A DNA stretch of 63,420 nucleotides, the filler included, from Rhabdomonas costata (taxonomy: Eukaryota), in assembly GCA_019059605.1 (NCBI GenBank). It is 52 parts of 52 records of this genome, joined end to end, with 100 filler letters (N's around TTAATTAATTAA, not from the genome) between each part and the next. Parts side by side here need not be neighbours in the genome. Positions count along the whole stretch, not along the records: positions 12,215 to 13,337 come from JAHMHO010027496.1; positions 13,438 to 14,559 come from JAHMHO010027497.1; positions 14,660 to 15,781 come from JAHMHO010027498.1; positions 15,882 to 17,002 come from JAHMHO010027499.1; positions 17,103 to 18,224 come from JAHMHO010027500.1; positions 18,325 to 19,446 come from JAHMHO010027501.1; positions 19,547 to 20,668 come from JAHMHO010027502.1; positions 20,769 to 21,890 come from JAHMHO010027503.1; 44 more parts are not named here. One strand, written 5' to 3'. Numbering within the stretch: position 1 is the first letter of the stretch; the number at the start of each line of letters is the position of its first letter. Of the stretch, positions 12,759 to 24,118 are shown in pieces. The position numbers and the translations under genes were made by a program. Below the pieces are notes generated by a model, which worked only from the letters and a program-made list of their open reading frames with translations, was not told the origin of the DNA and ran no database searches.

Positions 12759-14659
12759 AAACATTGTAGCATCAAGAAACACGTCCCAAAATGGCAAACA
12801 AGGGCATCTGTTCACATCTCTTATACCATTGTTGGGTTGCTTGAAGAAGCGCGATGTTTGAAGCTCTTGACATCGGTGCGTTTATCTTCCGTGCATGGGC
12901 GGTGTCCCTTTAGTTCTTTCTGTGGATGCGGACCTTCATGAAGCAGCAGCAGCGCGGAAAAACTGGTGCCGCTGCCGCGGCCGTGGCCGCCACTCAACGG
13001 TACTATTCTGTCTCTTGAATCCGAGAGAATCGTCCTCCTGCCTTCTTGTTTGCCTTGCCTATTTTGCATTCTTGAGCAGAAACCGCCGCGGCGATTCTGT
13101 GCGTTCTCCTCATCTCTCTCTCTCTCTTATTGCATGTTCTCGCTATGGAATGTTTTCACACAGGAGAACCGTTGCTCAGGACCATCAGCTTGAATGGCAC
13201 ACACACACATGCTCTTTTCAGTATCCTTTCTTCCTACGGCTCTCTCTTTGGCTCTCTCTCTCTCTCTTCGGCTTTGCATTTGCGTTTCCATCACACCACA
13301 CCACACCACACCGCGTCGGATTATGTCACCACCCCCCNNNNNNNNNNNNNNNNNNNNNNNNNNNNNNNNNNNNNNNNNNNNTTAATTAATTAANNNNNNN
13401 NNNNNNNNNNNNNNNNNNNNNNNNNNNNNNNNNNNNNTGTTTACACCGCATACCTATATTTTAGAAAATGGTAAAGAATGTAAATACTATGAACTACAAC
13501 CTATCGATAAGTCCGAGAAATCGAATTACAACAACAGCAACCAACAGTAGATGCTATGGTAAGTGCTAGAACCCAACAACGACAGTTTAAAAAGAGTGGA
13601 TTGAATCGTGATGACATCAAGGAAGCGAAACGACAACCAAAAATCAAGGAATGGGCGCGTTCTGCGTTAAATAAATAATAACAACACCTCCCAGTGGGGC
13701 GCGGTGGCGGGTTATATCGCTTGGTAAGTTGTGGGGAACGTTTGCGAGGCTGCAGGCCGAGTAAAAAGGGGACGGTGCCCACAACTTACTGTACTACTGT
13801 GCGGTGTGGGGTTTCAAGGGCGGTGGGTGCGGATTTTACCACCACTAGCAACAGCAAACGACAACAACTTGCCGTTATGAAACATCCAAAGTCGCACTCC
13901 AAAAATTGGAAAACAAACAACCGTTGTCAACCGTATCCTAATTGTAGTTTCTTTCAGAAAATTCGTTTCTCGGCCCACCCGGGAGAAGATCAGAAGCAAA
14001 CGTCCCGAGCCAAAAAGCGCGTACTCACCCCAGCATTGTTCACCAAAATGTCAATGTGACCAAAACAGTGTAAGGCCTCTTCAACCTTGAGGGGGAGTTC
14101 GTTCACTTCCTGTTCGATAAGAAAACAATCTTGGAGAATTCTTCAAACCGTACGACAAAAAAACAGAAGCAGGAGTGACACTGGCAGGCCAGGCTGGTCA
14201 AGGTTTGACAACTGTCACAGGGGACATTTTTTACCCAACTGTGACAAGAACTTTTGTCCCATTTGGAAGCACGCCAATGGGTTCGCTCTCAAAGGATTCG
14301 GAAAGGGCATAGGCAGAGCCAGTTGCCGTGCCGCTGAGGTAGCTGGCGCTAAATGGCGGGCCTGCGGTTGCAGCTCGAAGCCTGACTTAAAAATTATAAA
14401 AAATTTATAAAAACCTCCCCAGGTTCCAGTCCTGATCGTAGTTGAAACAGAAGGGACATACGCGCCCCGCCCCCCAATGCGACTCAGACCTCCAAGTCCA
14501 GAACTACAATTTTTGCCATGCCACATGGCAGACTCTGTTTCACTTTGTTCAAACCCCCANNNNNNNNNNNNNNNNNNNNNNNNNNNNNNNNNNNNNNNNN
14601 NNNTTAATTAATTAANNNNNNNNNNNNNNNNNNNNNNNNNNNNNNNNNNNNNNNNNNNN

Positions 14660-14849
14660 GGTGGTTGGTCCCATCGAGTGTCGTAAGGAGTCCCACAGGG
14701 TCTTCGGTCGCCGTGGAGTACACGTTGGTGAAATCATAGCCCCTCTCCGTGTCGTACGTGTCAAAGGTCAGGGTGATGGTGGTGCCAACGGGTCCAACAA
14801 TTTCCCATCCACAGGACAGATCGTTGTCATAGACAGTGTTGCCAGTGAC
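14660..14849 (-). CDS. CUB domain exon
   Basis: YDNDLSCGWEIVGPVGTTITLTFDTYDTERGYDFTNVY matches CUB (YxNxxxCxWxI...IxLxF..FdtE..yD). CAG acceptor at 14850-14852. Confidence 0.88.
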
Positions 14850-16241
14850 CTGGACGAAACGTGTCCCAAAGGGCACTGGCAATTCAAATCTAAAAACCGG
14901 AAACTCCTACACAGAACACGTAACCACTTCTCGTTTTTCTTTACTCCTTTTTTCAAAATTCAGGCTCCCAGTTTTCGGCCTTTCAGATCCCACGGGCCCC
15001 TTTTCAAGAATCGCCCTCGAACCGTCTGCGAGACACCAATTTGGGTAGGAACTTTTCTATCGCATTCGGCGACAAGGATGTAAGCCTGAGGCCTCCGGCC
15101 TCCCGCTTCCGTCCCCGGAACCCCTCCCCGGACGTGCGTTGCATCCACCTTCATCACTATCGCCCTCCGACCATTGTAAAAGTCTAGATCCTGACTCGGA
15201 GGTGCTACATCAGTCTAACCCCAGTTGCGAGGCGAAGAGACGCTTCTGCAGAAAAATATCTGTGCAATGCCAAATTGCACAATCTGTTTTCCGCAAGCCA
15301 GGAATGTTAGGCATGACCGTGGACACGGCAGGCCTGGAGACCTGGGAAGGGCAGCTGCCACCGAAAAAGGCAAAGGACATACCGGATAATGAAACTTGAA
15401 GGATAGCAGAATAAATGATGTGCACAGAAGAACTGCATCACGATCTGCTGATGCTGCGATTCTGAACCCACCGTCTACGCGAGCCACGCCACGCGCTGGA
15501 GAAATGGGCGTTTCAGAGAGATTAATACAGAAGGCCACGGATTCTGTCATCGGGTCCAGATCGGAATGCAATCGGTGAACGAGATGATGTGTGCATTCGT
15601 GATGATGATGTGTGGATTCGCTGAAAACCAGAAGAAACCATTGAGAGAGAGAATCATGGCGTATCAGGTGGCAGAGCCAGAAAGAAATCGCAGCGAAAGC
15701 CGCACTTGAGAAGCGATAGATAATGTTGAGCATTCCTTCTCTAAATGGTTTCTTCTGGTTTTCAGCGAATCCACACACAACNNNNNNNNNNNNNNNNNNN
15801 NNNNNNNNNNNNNNNNNNNNNNNNNTTAATTAATTAANNNNNNNNNNNNNNNNNNNNNNNNNNNNNNNNNNNNNNNNNNNNCTGGTCAATATATAGGCCA
15901 GCGAGGCGCAGGTCCCGATGGGACATTCTGCCATCAAGGTTTCGCACTCCATATTCACTGTATGGGGGGGGGGGACGGGAACGGGAGAGGTTTTGTATTG
16001 CGAGAACTCGAATTTTTGTCCATTTTTTCCACAGTGATGGCCCCTTTTTAAATCGAGTTTTGTCATGTACTTTGAATCGGGTTTTCTTGGGGTAGGGGTA
16101 TCGTCGCTGCACGACGAATGTTAGCCAGTAGTAGTGCGACGAGTAATTCCCACCAGAAACAACCAAGCTCTCTGGTGCACAGACTCGCCAAAACCGCTCG
16201 GCGAGGCGGGGTATGCCGGGGGGCGAGGGGGGAAGCCCGAC

Positions 16242-16487
16242 CTGGTGCTTCAGCAAGGAAACCGTTCCCTCCATCTTCCGGATAGCCTCCGCGCTGACAA
16301 GGATCTCCCTTCGGGCAGCGGCCACCCCGGAACGCCCCAGGAGTCCCCGCAGCAGGAGGTAGCCTTGCTGGGCCAGCCGGGCCCGCAGCACCGTAAACCT
16401 TGCGGCGGCGAGGTCCGGCGCGGAGTCCAGCATCTCCTCAGCCTGAACCATTCCATTTCCGCCCAGAACCTCTCGGCGCTGCCGCAT
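16242..16487 (-). CDS. Likely first coding exon of a phytanoyl-CoA dioxygenase (PhyH)-family 2OG-Fe(II) oxygenase
   Basis: LRARLAQQGYLLLRGLLGRSGVAAARREIL is a typical PhyH N-terminus (GYxxxRGxL). ATG lies 14 nt after an AG acceptor; ends at CAG|GT. Confidence 0.7.
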
Positions 16488-18071
16488 TGGCGGCACCACG
16501 GCTGTGAGAATAAATCCGGGGACGGGGAATGTAAACCCGGAAGACGGTGAGCAGCAGCAGCAGCAGCAACCGGAAACGAGGGAGGAGAAAAAGGGCAATG
16601 ACAGCTGGCTGTACCAAAGCGCAAAGGGCACAAACAAAAAGGAGGAGGGATCCCGACTTGGGACAGACCTAAGACAACCAGGAGGCTGGGGTCCCCCCCC
16701 CGAAATACACTTGTCCCCAGGTCCGAGTGTACCGGTAGTTATGGGGACAGTAGATCTTGTTGGTGTGGGTGTTCGGTTCGCTGTGGTTAATCCTTTGTTT
16801 GCGACTGAGAAATCGGAGTTGGGAGATTCGACAGAGGAAAGCCAAAAAAAAAAGGAAGGTAAACATAGGAAAGGCTTGAAGTTTCAGCAAGTGAGCCGTG
16901 GCTTGCTTCCGCGCTCCCATCATTGGAACAAAAACAATGCAAAAAGATAAAATAGGAAACAACCGCCCCTGGAACGTTTCAGTAGGACCACCGTTTGTGA
17001 AANNNNNNNNNNNNNNNNNNNNNNNNNNNNNNNNNNNNNNNNNNNNTTAATTAATTAANNNNNNNNNNNNNNNNNNNNNNNNNNNNNNNNNNNNNNNNNN
17101 NNTTTGTTTGTTGCCAGTATTGTAAGTATGGGAATATGTTGGTTTCGTGTGCAATGCCACAAGTCCGCAGTCTTAATGCCGGCTATATACGCTCTTCCCT
17201 TCTGCATATAGAGTGGCTCTCTTGTGGATTGTGGGAAGGTGTGCGCCCAACTTTTTGCTCGCGGCACCCACAGCATTGCAAAGCACGGGAATGGTGCCCC
17301 TCGAAGGCTACTTTTCTTCCTTTCAGTCGACGCTTTTCCTCCGCTTTGGGCTGTCCTTGTGATCTGTTGATAGTATGCTCACGTCACGTACCGGTTGTGT
17401 TTCAGCATTCGTGCTCTTCATTTTTTGATGCTCTCGATATCCAGGCACCGCACACGGCTTTTCCGTTTATCGTCGTGTCTCGTCTTGGCTGTCTTTCCGT
17501 TTCCGTATTTATTTGTTGTTTCTTGATGCATGCCTGCCCAGGATGTGTTCCACTTCAATTGTGATTTATATAAATTGAGGTTCTCGCGTCTGATAACATT
17601 GTTTCTTCATTTTGGTTTCATGAGAGTTGATGCCTTCCGGTTTATTGCTATGCATTACGCACCCGTGAGCCCCATCGAACTCAGTTTGGCACTGATGCTA
17701 ATCGCCTTTTTCCATTCCCTCCCTTTCTGACGCATCCCGAAAACTCACCCTCTGTGCCGTATAATTGACGGTTGATGTTTTGAATATGTTTGCATCAGCT
17801 TTTACCTCCTTGAGTCATATTGTTTACAGCACACACAAACTGGCAAAGAAGTACATGCCTGGTTTCCCTTAAAACGTTCAAGAACGATTCCACTTTTTTC
17901 GCGGATGAGGTGCAGTAGCGCTTCATTGTAGTTGTTATGCTGTTTGGAGAACATGGAGATATGTTTTGCCTAGATTTGAAACATCGCTTGCGCTTTTTGG
18001 TCACCGTGCCATGTCGCGGACCTTTCGCTCTCCGCTTGAGCTCTACTGTTCACGAATGTTTTCTGTTTTAG

Positions 18072-18170
18072 GTGCGGATATCGATCAAATTGCTGCAAAC
18101 GGATGTGCGCCGCTGTACATCGCAAGCCAGAAAGGCCACTCGAAGATTGTTGAGCTGCTGCTGCGACAGG
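18072..18170 (+). CDS. Single ankyrin repeat on a 99-nt exon
   Basis: GADIDQIAANGCAPLYIASQKGHSKIVELLLRQ, with TTTTAG acceptor and G|GTGTGG donor, exactly 33 codons. Confidence 0.88.
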
Positions 18171-20768
18171 GTGTGGATTTTATTTGTGCAGCATCTGGTG
18201 AGGACCGAATGCTGCACAAACACANNNNNNNNNNNNNNNNNNNNNNNNNNNNNNNNNNNNNNNNNNNNTTAATTAATTAANNNNNNNNNNNNNNNNNNNN
18301 NNNNNNNNNNNNNNNNNNNNNNNNGGTTTGGTGTGAGCTTATTATTATTCGCAAGGGATGTTCGCACGCGGAGCAAACTTCCCAGAGAAAGACAGCCCTT
18401 CGAGAACGTTTGTTAGGAGGCTGTTTTTTGTATGGACCTAGTTACACCCAGCCATGAGAGCTTGAGAGCTTCCTCGTTCCGTCTTTTTGGTCTGTATTTA
18501 TGTCGCTACTTTGGTAGCACACGAATGCGAAATATTGTAAACTTTCGATTTACGGTGTGGCCTGCTGTAGCTAGCATCCTCATCATGAGTGGCACAGTTA
18601 CTCCGAAGCATTTATGGCACGCCACTTTCGTTGGTGATCTCCTTTCACCTTGCTTTTTATTTTCGTGTTTCTATGCAACTAGGAATGCCCAGGGCAGGGC
18701 CCTTCGCCGATCGACTCCGTGGATGCCTCGCATCGCCCCGATCGTTGGTCCCATCACCGACCCTTCAGCTGAGTGCACGGTATTCCGGGGTTTGAGATAT
18801 AATATATAATGCCTGCCGTGTTAACGTTTCTTGGCCGCAGTGCTACACTTCCTATCACTCTTTCTCACAAGAACGTTGCTTACCCCCGGTACCTTTCTGG
18901 GATGTGGGTACAATCGAAGTTAGAATCCCCAAACGGCCCTTGGCTGTGATGGTGGGGGTTTGGGATGCGGCGCGGCTCATTCAATGGTGCTGGAGGGGCA
19001 AGTAGTAACCACCTTATGGATTTCTTTCGCGGTTCCATGTCTTATGCCATCGTTTACGCACATGCACATATGAATCGAAGTCGGAAGCGTAGTGCCTTGA
19101 TGTGGTGACGCGGCAGCGAGTATGCATGAGGGCGGTCTTTACGATGTGGGCAATTGCCCTGTGAGGGAGAAGTGGGATTCGAAAGCACTCTCTTAACGCT
19201 GATGGAGGTGTGGAATTCCGCCAAGTCTCGGCATGACCTTAACCCGCTTGACCTGCTTGCTGCCCCCCAATTACTGCCAATGAGACCTCTATGTTAGGAT
19301 GAGCAGCTCCTCGCATGCCTCAGCTCTTCATGCCTCCTCCGTTGCCGCTACCGCTGCCTGCGATGCCTGTGATGAGTTTGGAACTTTGACTGTGAATGCA
19401 CACAGGAGACTAGTTGCGTTTCAACGGCGTCCTTGCCAAACCCCCCNNNNNNNNNNNNNNNNNNNNNNNNNNNNNNNNNNNNNNNNNNNNTTAATTAATT
19501 AANNNNNNNNNNNNNNNNNNNNNNNNNNNNNNNNNNNNNNNNNNNNGGGTGTTGTGGTGGAGGGTCCGGTCTGTTGGGATCCAGTTACCTCCAAGGGGTA
19601 GGAATCGTCCGAAGAGGACGAACTTGATGGGAGGGTTCACGAGATACAGGAAGAATGAGCTTTAATTCAATAGATTGTGAAGGAGAGTGTTCATCGTAAT
19701 ATAGGAGTGGTGTCCATTGGAGATGGCGGCTCAGGCTCTACTCTGCGATCTGCGACGGATGTTATGGAACTAGGGATAATGGTTGCACACAATGTTGTGC
19801 TTAGTGAGCTTCTGAAATTTGTGGCAGTACAATGTTTGCTCGTGTTTTGGGTATCGGATGAGGTCTTTCCAGTGGTGACCCTCGCAATCAAATGTATCAT
19901 ATGGAAACAATGGTGAGCGCGGTTGTTGGTAGTTATCATAAGAGGAAAACTGTCCACGTTGATCGGCGGAACATTATATGGATCGTGGGCATAACAAAAA
20001 TAGTAGTTAGTTATAAAGGGTTTCAGGTCGTATGGTTCGAGGTTTGAATCTGCGAGTCGAGCGAGTGTGGCCTCGAGATGTGTATAAGGAAGTTTTGTAT
20101 GTGGGCTGAGATGAACTGACTTATGCTTCTTTATTCAGGTTGACTGCTTCCCACGCGCCGCAACTTTTGCACGTTTCGGAGTTATCAAGCCTGGAGTCCT
20201 GGTCCTGGTCCTGGTCCGTGGCATGGTGTTATTTCACTCGCCACATGTTTACCACGGAATGGACAGGATGAAGCAAGGAAAAGTGACGACACACACCAAG
20301 TAGCTGTTCAGTATAAACGGAAGAACTACGATATGAATGAGGTTGGATATCAGCACGTGCGTGACTCTGGAAAAATGAACAGAAAGTTCTTTGCAAAAAA
20401 AGCTCTATAAAGGAAGTTACAGCCAGATGTTAAAAACTCACCATCCTCGGTACTGCTGGGTTGCTCAAACAAATTGTTGCCTCGTTCTCAGGATGCGGTT
20501 TAAAGATTCAGCTTAAACTAGCACTTCTGCCGCACTGCTCTGTTCAACTATTTGATTTATGTAACACTCATCAGTAGATCAGTAAATCCACTGGATAGGG
20601 TGGATAAGTACAGCAGCAAATCATTCAGGTCATGCAGAATGGCATCGGCCAACAAAGGTTTGAGACAANNNNNNNNNNNNNNNNNNNNNNNNNNNNNNNN
20701 NNNNNNNNNNNNTTAATTAATTAANNNNNNNNNNNNNNNNNNNNNNNNNNNNNNNNNNNNNNNNNNNN

Positions 20769-21144
20769 ATTCAATAATATTTTTATTTCCTTGATATTTT
20801 GTATACATTTTATGAACAGAAATAAGCCATAATATAATCGTAGAAATATATAAAAATGCTGTATATTGTTTATAATTCTTTCTAAAATCATAAATTGGTT
20901 CAATACACATACATGTAAAACACACAAATTTATTATTTTTATTTAATTTTGATCGTAAATACTTCTCTAATAAAGTTAATGAACAATTATTATCATTTAG
21001 AACCCAATGTAATATAATAAATGGAATTATTACAATATGCATTAATAAAAAAAAGTTATCATTTGTAAATGGTGTTATAACAACAAATAAAACAAATAAA
21101 AGATGTAATAATGATATTAAATGTAAAATTACTTCATTCAACAT
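20769..21144 (-). CDS. Small multi-pass membrane protein, giant-virus (NCLDV)-like; 3' truncated
   Basis: Intronless and very AT-rich. The HLLFVLFVVITPF...LHWVLNDNNCSLTLLEKYLR...CFTCMCIEPIYDF pattern resembles hypothetical proteins I associate with Mimiviridae-type genomes. Not verified by search. Confidence 0.7.
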
Positions 21145-21153
21145 TTATATATT

Positions 21154-21186
21154 TATAAATCATAATTTTAAAAATTATAATTTATA
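21154..21186 (-). terminator. Intergenic AT-rich hairpin (candidate Mimiviridae-type polyadenylation hairpin)
   Basis: TATAAAT-C-ATAATTTT-A-AAAATTAT-A-ATTTATA gives 15 pairable positions with one mismatch, 4 nt after the stop of the upstream ORF in a 46-nt intergenic gap. Confidence 0.55.
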
Positions 21187-21190
21187 TTTT

Positions 21191-21890
21191 TTAATATTTA
21201 TTGTGTATTGCTTTCATAACGTCATCAAAAGTGTATTCTTTGTAATTCATATTCTTTTTATTATTAATTATATTATCTACTATATGATCTGTACTTGTAG
21301 CACTTAATTCAACATCTCTTAAATATTTATTTGTTGACTTTTGATGTTTAAATACATCTTTATTAAAATTATTTGATATATTTATATTATTATATGGAAT
21401 TTCTTTTTTTAAAAGTGGTTTTTTATGTTTAATTACTGTCGGAGCACCGCCTTTCATAATTTCTTGATCTGAACTAGTTGCACTATTTAAAAATTTTTCT
21501 TTATTTTTTGTATGTAATGTCGAAAATATCTTTGAATCATAGGAACTTGTTGAACTTGGATCTCCGCCTTTCATTACGTCTTGATCAGAACTTGTTGAAC
21601 TTAAAATATTTTGATTAATTTTCATAAATTCACTATTAGAACTTGTTGAAGATCCACCGCCTTTCATTACTTCTTGATCAGAACTTGTTGAACTTAACAT
21701 ATTCTGATTATTTTTCATATAATCACTATTAGAACTTGTAGAACTGAATCCTCCTGTTTGATTTTTAGATGTTGACATATTTATATTGCCGCCTTTCATT
21801 ACTTCTTGATCAGAACTTGTTGAACTTAAAATATTTTGATTTATTCTCATAAATTCACTATCAGAACTTGTAGAAGATCCACCACCCCCC
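21191..21890 (-). CDS. Ser/Asn/Lys-rich repeat protein with repeated SSTSSDQEVMKGG units, NCLDV-like; 5' truncated
   Basis: Frame open from the contig end to the TAA at 21191-21193. Four MKGG and one QTGG motif, with ~90-nt DNA repeats. Confidence 0.75.
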
Positions 21891-21990
21891 NNNNNNNNNN
21901 NNNNNNNNNNNNNNNNNNNNNNNNNNNNNNNNNNTTAATTAATTAANNNNNNNNNNNNNNNNNNNNNNNNNNNNNNNNNNNNNNNNNNNN

Positions 21991-22620
21991 TGTGGGGGTG
22001 CAGGAGTTGCAAAAAGACGGTTGATCTGATTTTTGAGGGCTACAGGATGAGTTTGGAGTTCATCATGCAGTACTTGCTTCTTTGGGCTCACAAGACTCCT
22101 TTCACTTCTATTGCTTCTTTGCTGGACGTGGACCATAAAACAGTGGAGGCGTTCAGGATGGTCCTTCGGTGAAAATGCAGCACATCACTGAGAAAATAAT
22201 CGGAGTTCCGGGTTTTGACGTCGAAGTCGACGATATTGAGTTTGGACGTAAGAAAAAGGTCCAATTTTGTAAGGCTGCCAATCCCAAACTGTTCATTTGT
22301 GGTTGTGTCTGCAGAACGACTGGGATCGTTGTCTTGCGTCCCTATCAAAAACTAGACCGCGATGGCTGCGAGAACAGATTTGGTCCTTCTTCCTTCTTCT
22401 GCCGCCGAGTTGCTGACCCTAATCTCCGAGCACGTCCGTAAAGGCTCAAGGTTTTTCTCCAATGGGCTCCAAGCTTACAGGGAGAACCTGATAGACTGAT
22501 GATACCATGCGTCGCAATTTGTCTGTCATAAAGATGTGAGTATGTTCGACGCTTTCCAGATGGTTCTTCGTGTCATACGAACATCATCGATGGCCTATGG
22601 GGTCTCGTCAAAACTCATCT
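21991..22620 (+). mobile_element. Merlin (IS1016/IS1595-related) DDE transposase, pseudogenised
   Basis: Motifs appear in the expected order across frameshifts and stops: WGCRSCKK zinc ribbon; IFEGYRMSLEFIMQYLLLWA..IASLLDVDHKTV; IIGVPGFDVEVDDIEFGRKKK; ICGCVCRTTG; TDGYHA; HTNIIDGLWGLVK (from 22574). Confidence 0.85.
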
Positions 22621-23449
22621 CATGTACCACCATTTCAGTACTCATGGCGCTGAGATGGCTATTTACGAGCTCGCTTGGTGCAAGAACAACATTTCTGTGA
22701 CTTCTGCTGACCCTTTCGACGCTTTCCTTGGCTGTGTGCATTTTAGAGTATGTCTTGCCTTTGTGTACGTATATTCCCACCTGGCCTGGTTTTTATAGCC
22801 GAAGAACAAAACCTACAACAACAATCAAAAATAAACAAAAAACAATCTTTATCGTTATCATATATATTCAAATTTATCCGTAGATCCACCTCCTGGTACA
22901 ACTACATACATCGGATAGTTTCAACTGCGTTTATTGCTTTAACGTCTCTTCGAACTTCGTCAGAAAAAAGTATCCAACTTGGGTCCATGTCTCAAATTCC
23001 ACGTTTCATTCAAATATACCCTTGCTTGCAACTACACATCTAACACTTATATCCTTTAGCAACTGGCACCACGTGGCATCCAGCCACGGTGGTGTAAACA
23101 AACACCAACACCNNNNNNNNNNNNNNNNNNNNNNNNNNNNNNNNNNNNNNNNNNNNTTAATTAATTAANNNNNNNNNNNNNNNNNNNNNNNNNNNNNNNN
23201 NNNNNNNNNNNNTTGTGTTTGTGAAACTTTGTGGACTCCAGCGCTGAAGCGACTGGTGTTCATATAAATCCGAGAAGCGTCTCCTGCGTGTCAGTTGTTC
23301 TGCCCTCTGTGATGTGCAGGCCGCCTCTTTCAGTCTGACGATTTTTCATCATCGTGTCATGGGCATATGTGCTGTCATCCGGGGGGTGGGCAGTGGACAG
23401 CCGAAAGGTTTTGTTGGCGTCTTGGTCACCTCTCTTTTCGCTCAAACAG

Positions 23450-23556
23450 GTGGAGGCGTCTCACAGAACCATGAGCATGGTCGTTTCTGCCGGGGAATTG
23501 ATGCCCATCATGGTGCTGGTGTTGCACGCCGTCCTCATTCCGTCGGCTGTGCTCAG
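23450..23556 (+). CDS. Hydrophobic exon A of a Nad5/NuoL-like membrane protein
   Basis: ACAG acceptor and AG|GTTTG donor. Reads VEASHRTMSMVVSAGELMPIMVLVLHAVLIPSAVL and splices in phase 2 to exon B. Confidence 0.55.
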
Positions 23557-23851
23557 GTTTGTTTTGGAGCAGGGAGCAGGGGGATGGCGGACGGCGAGCG
23601 ACCAGCGCGGTCATTGAAGGTTGCAAATTGACATATTTGCCATATTAGTGTACTTGATTGGCAAACCGAACTACCTTTCTTTCAATGTGACATTCCTGCG
23701 TTTTTACCCTGCAGGTTTGGTAACCTGACGAAGCTTTGCTATTGTTCTGCTTTTTCTTGGGTGGTGCGAAAGCCGTCTAAGAAAAGGAAACCCGTCTCTC
23801 AAATCCCATGAAGGAGATAAAGAGGAACACACCCCTCAATTTTAACACCAG

Positions 23852-24118
23852 GATTCCTACTCCGATTGGCATCCCCGACCTCATGGAGCTGACGATGGCG
23901 GACTCCATGCTGCCCATCGACCCCCTGGGGTTGATCTCAATCATCTGCTTCCTGACGCCCATCCTTGCCGTCCCGATGATCCGGGTCAGGAGGCCCAACT
24001 TGAACATCCCCTTCCTGCCGCTGCGCCACGCCATCATTACCCACTGGGCCAACCGCCTGTGGTTCGACCGCATCTACAATAGCTTCGCGGTGTACTTCCA
24101 CGCCTCCGTGCTGGGCAG
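23852..24118 (+). CDS. Exon B of a Nad5/NuoL-like protein (C-terminal region)
   Basis: CCAG acceptor, AG|GTGGG donor, strong GC3 bias. ELTMADSMLP, then a TM helix, then HWANRLWFDRIYNSF, resembling the Nad5 motif NxKWxFDxxYN. Confidence 0.6.

Noticed and set aside
22088-22348. 86-aa minus-strand ORF
   Set aside because: It is antisense to the Merlin transposase motifs.
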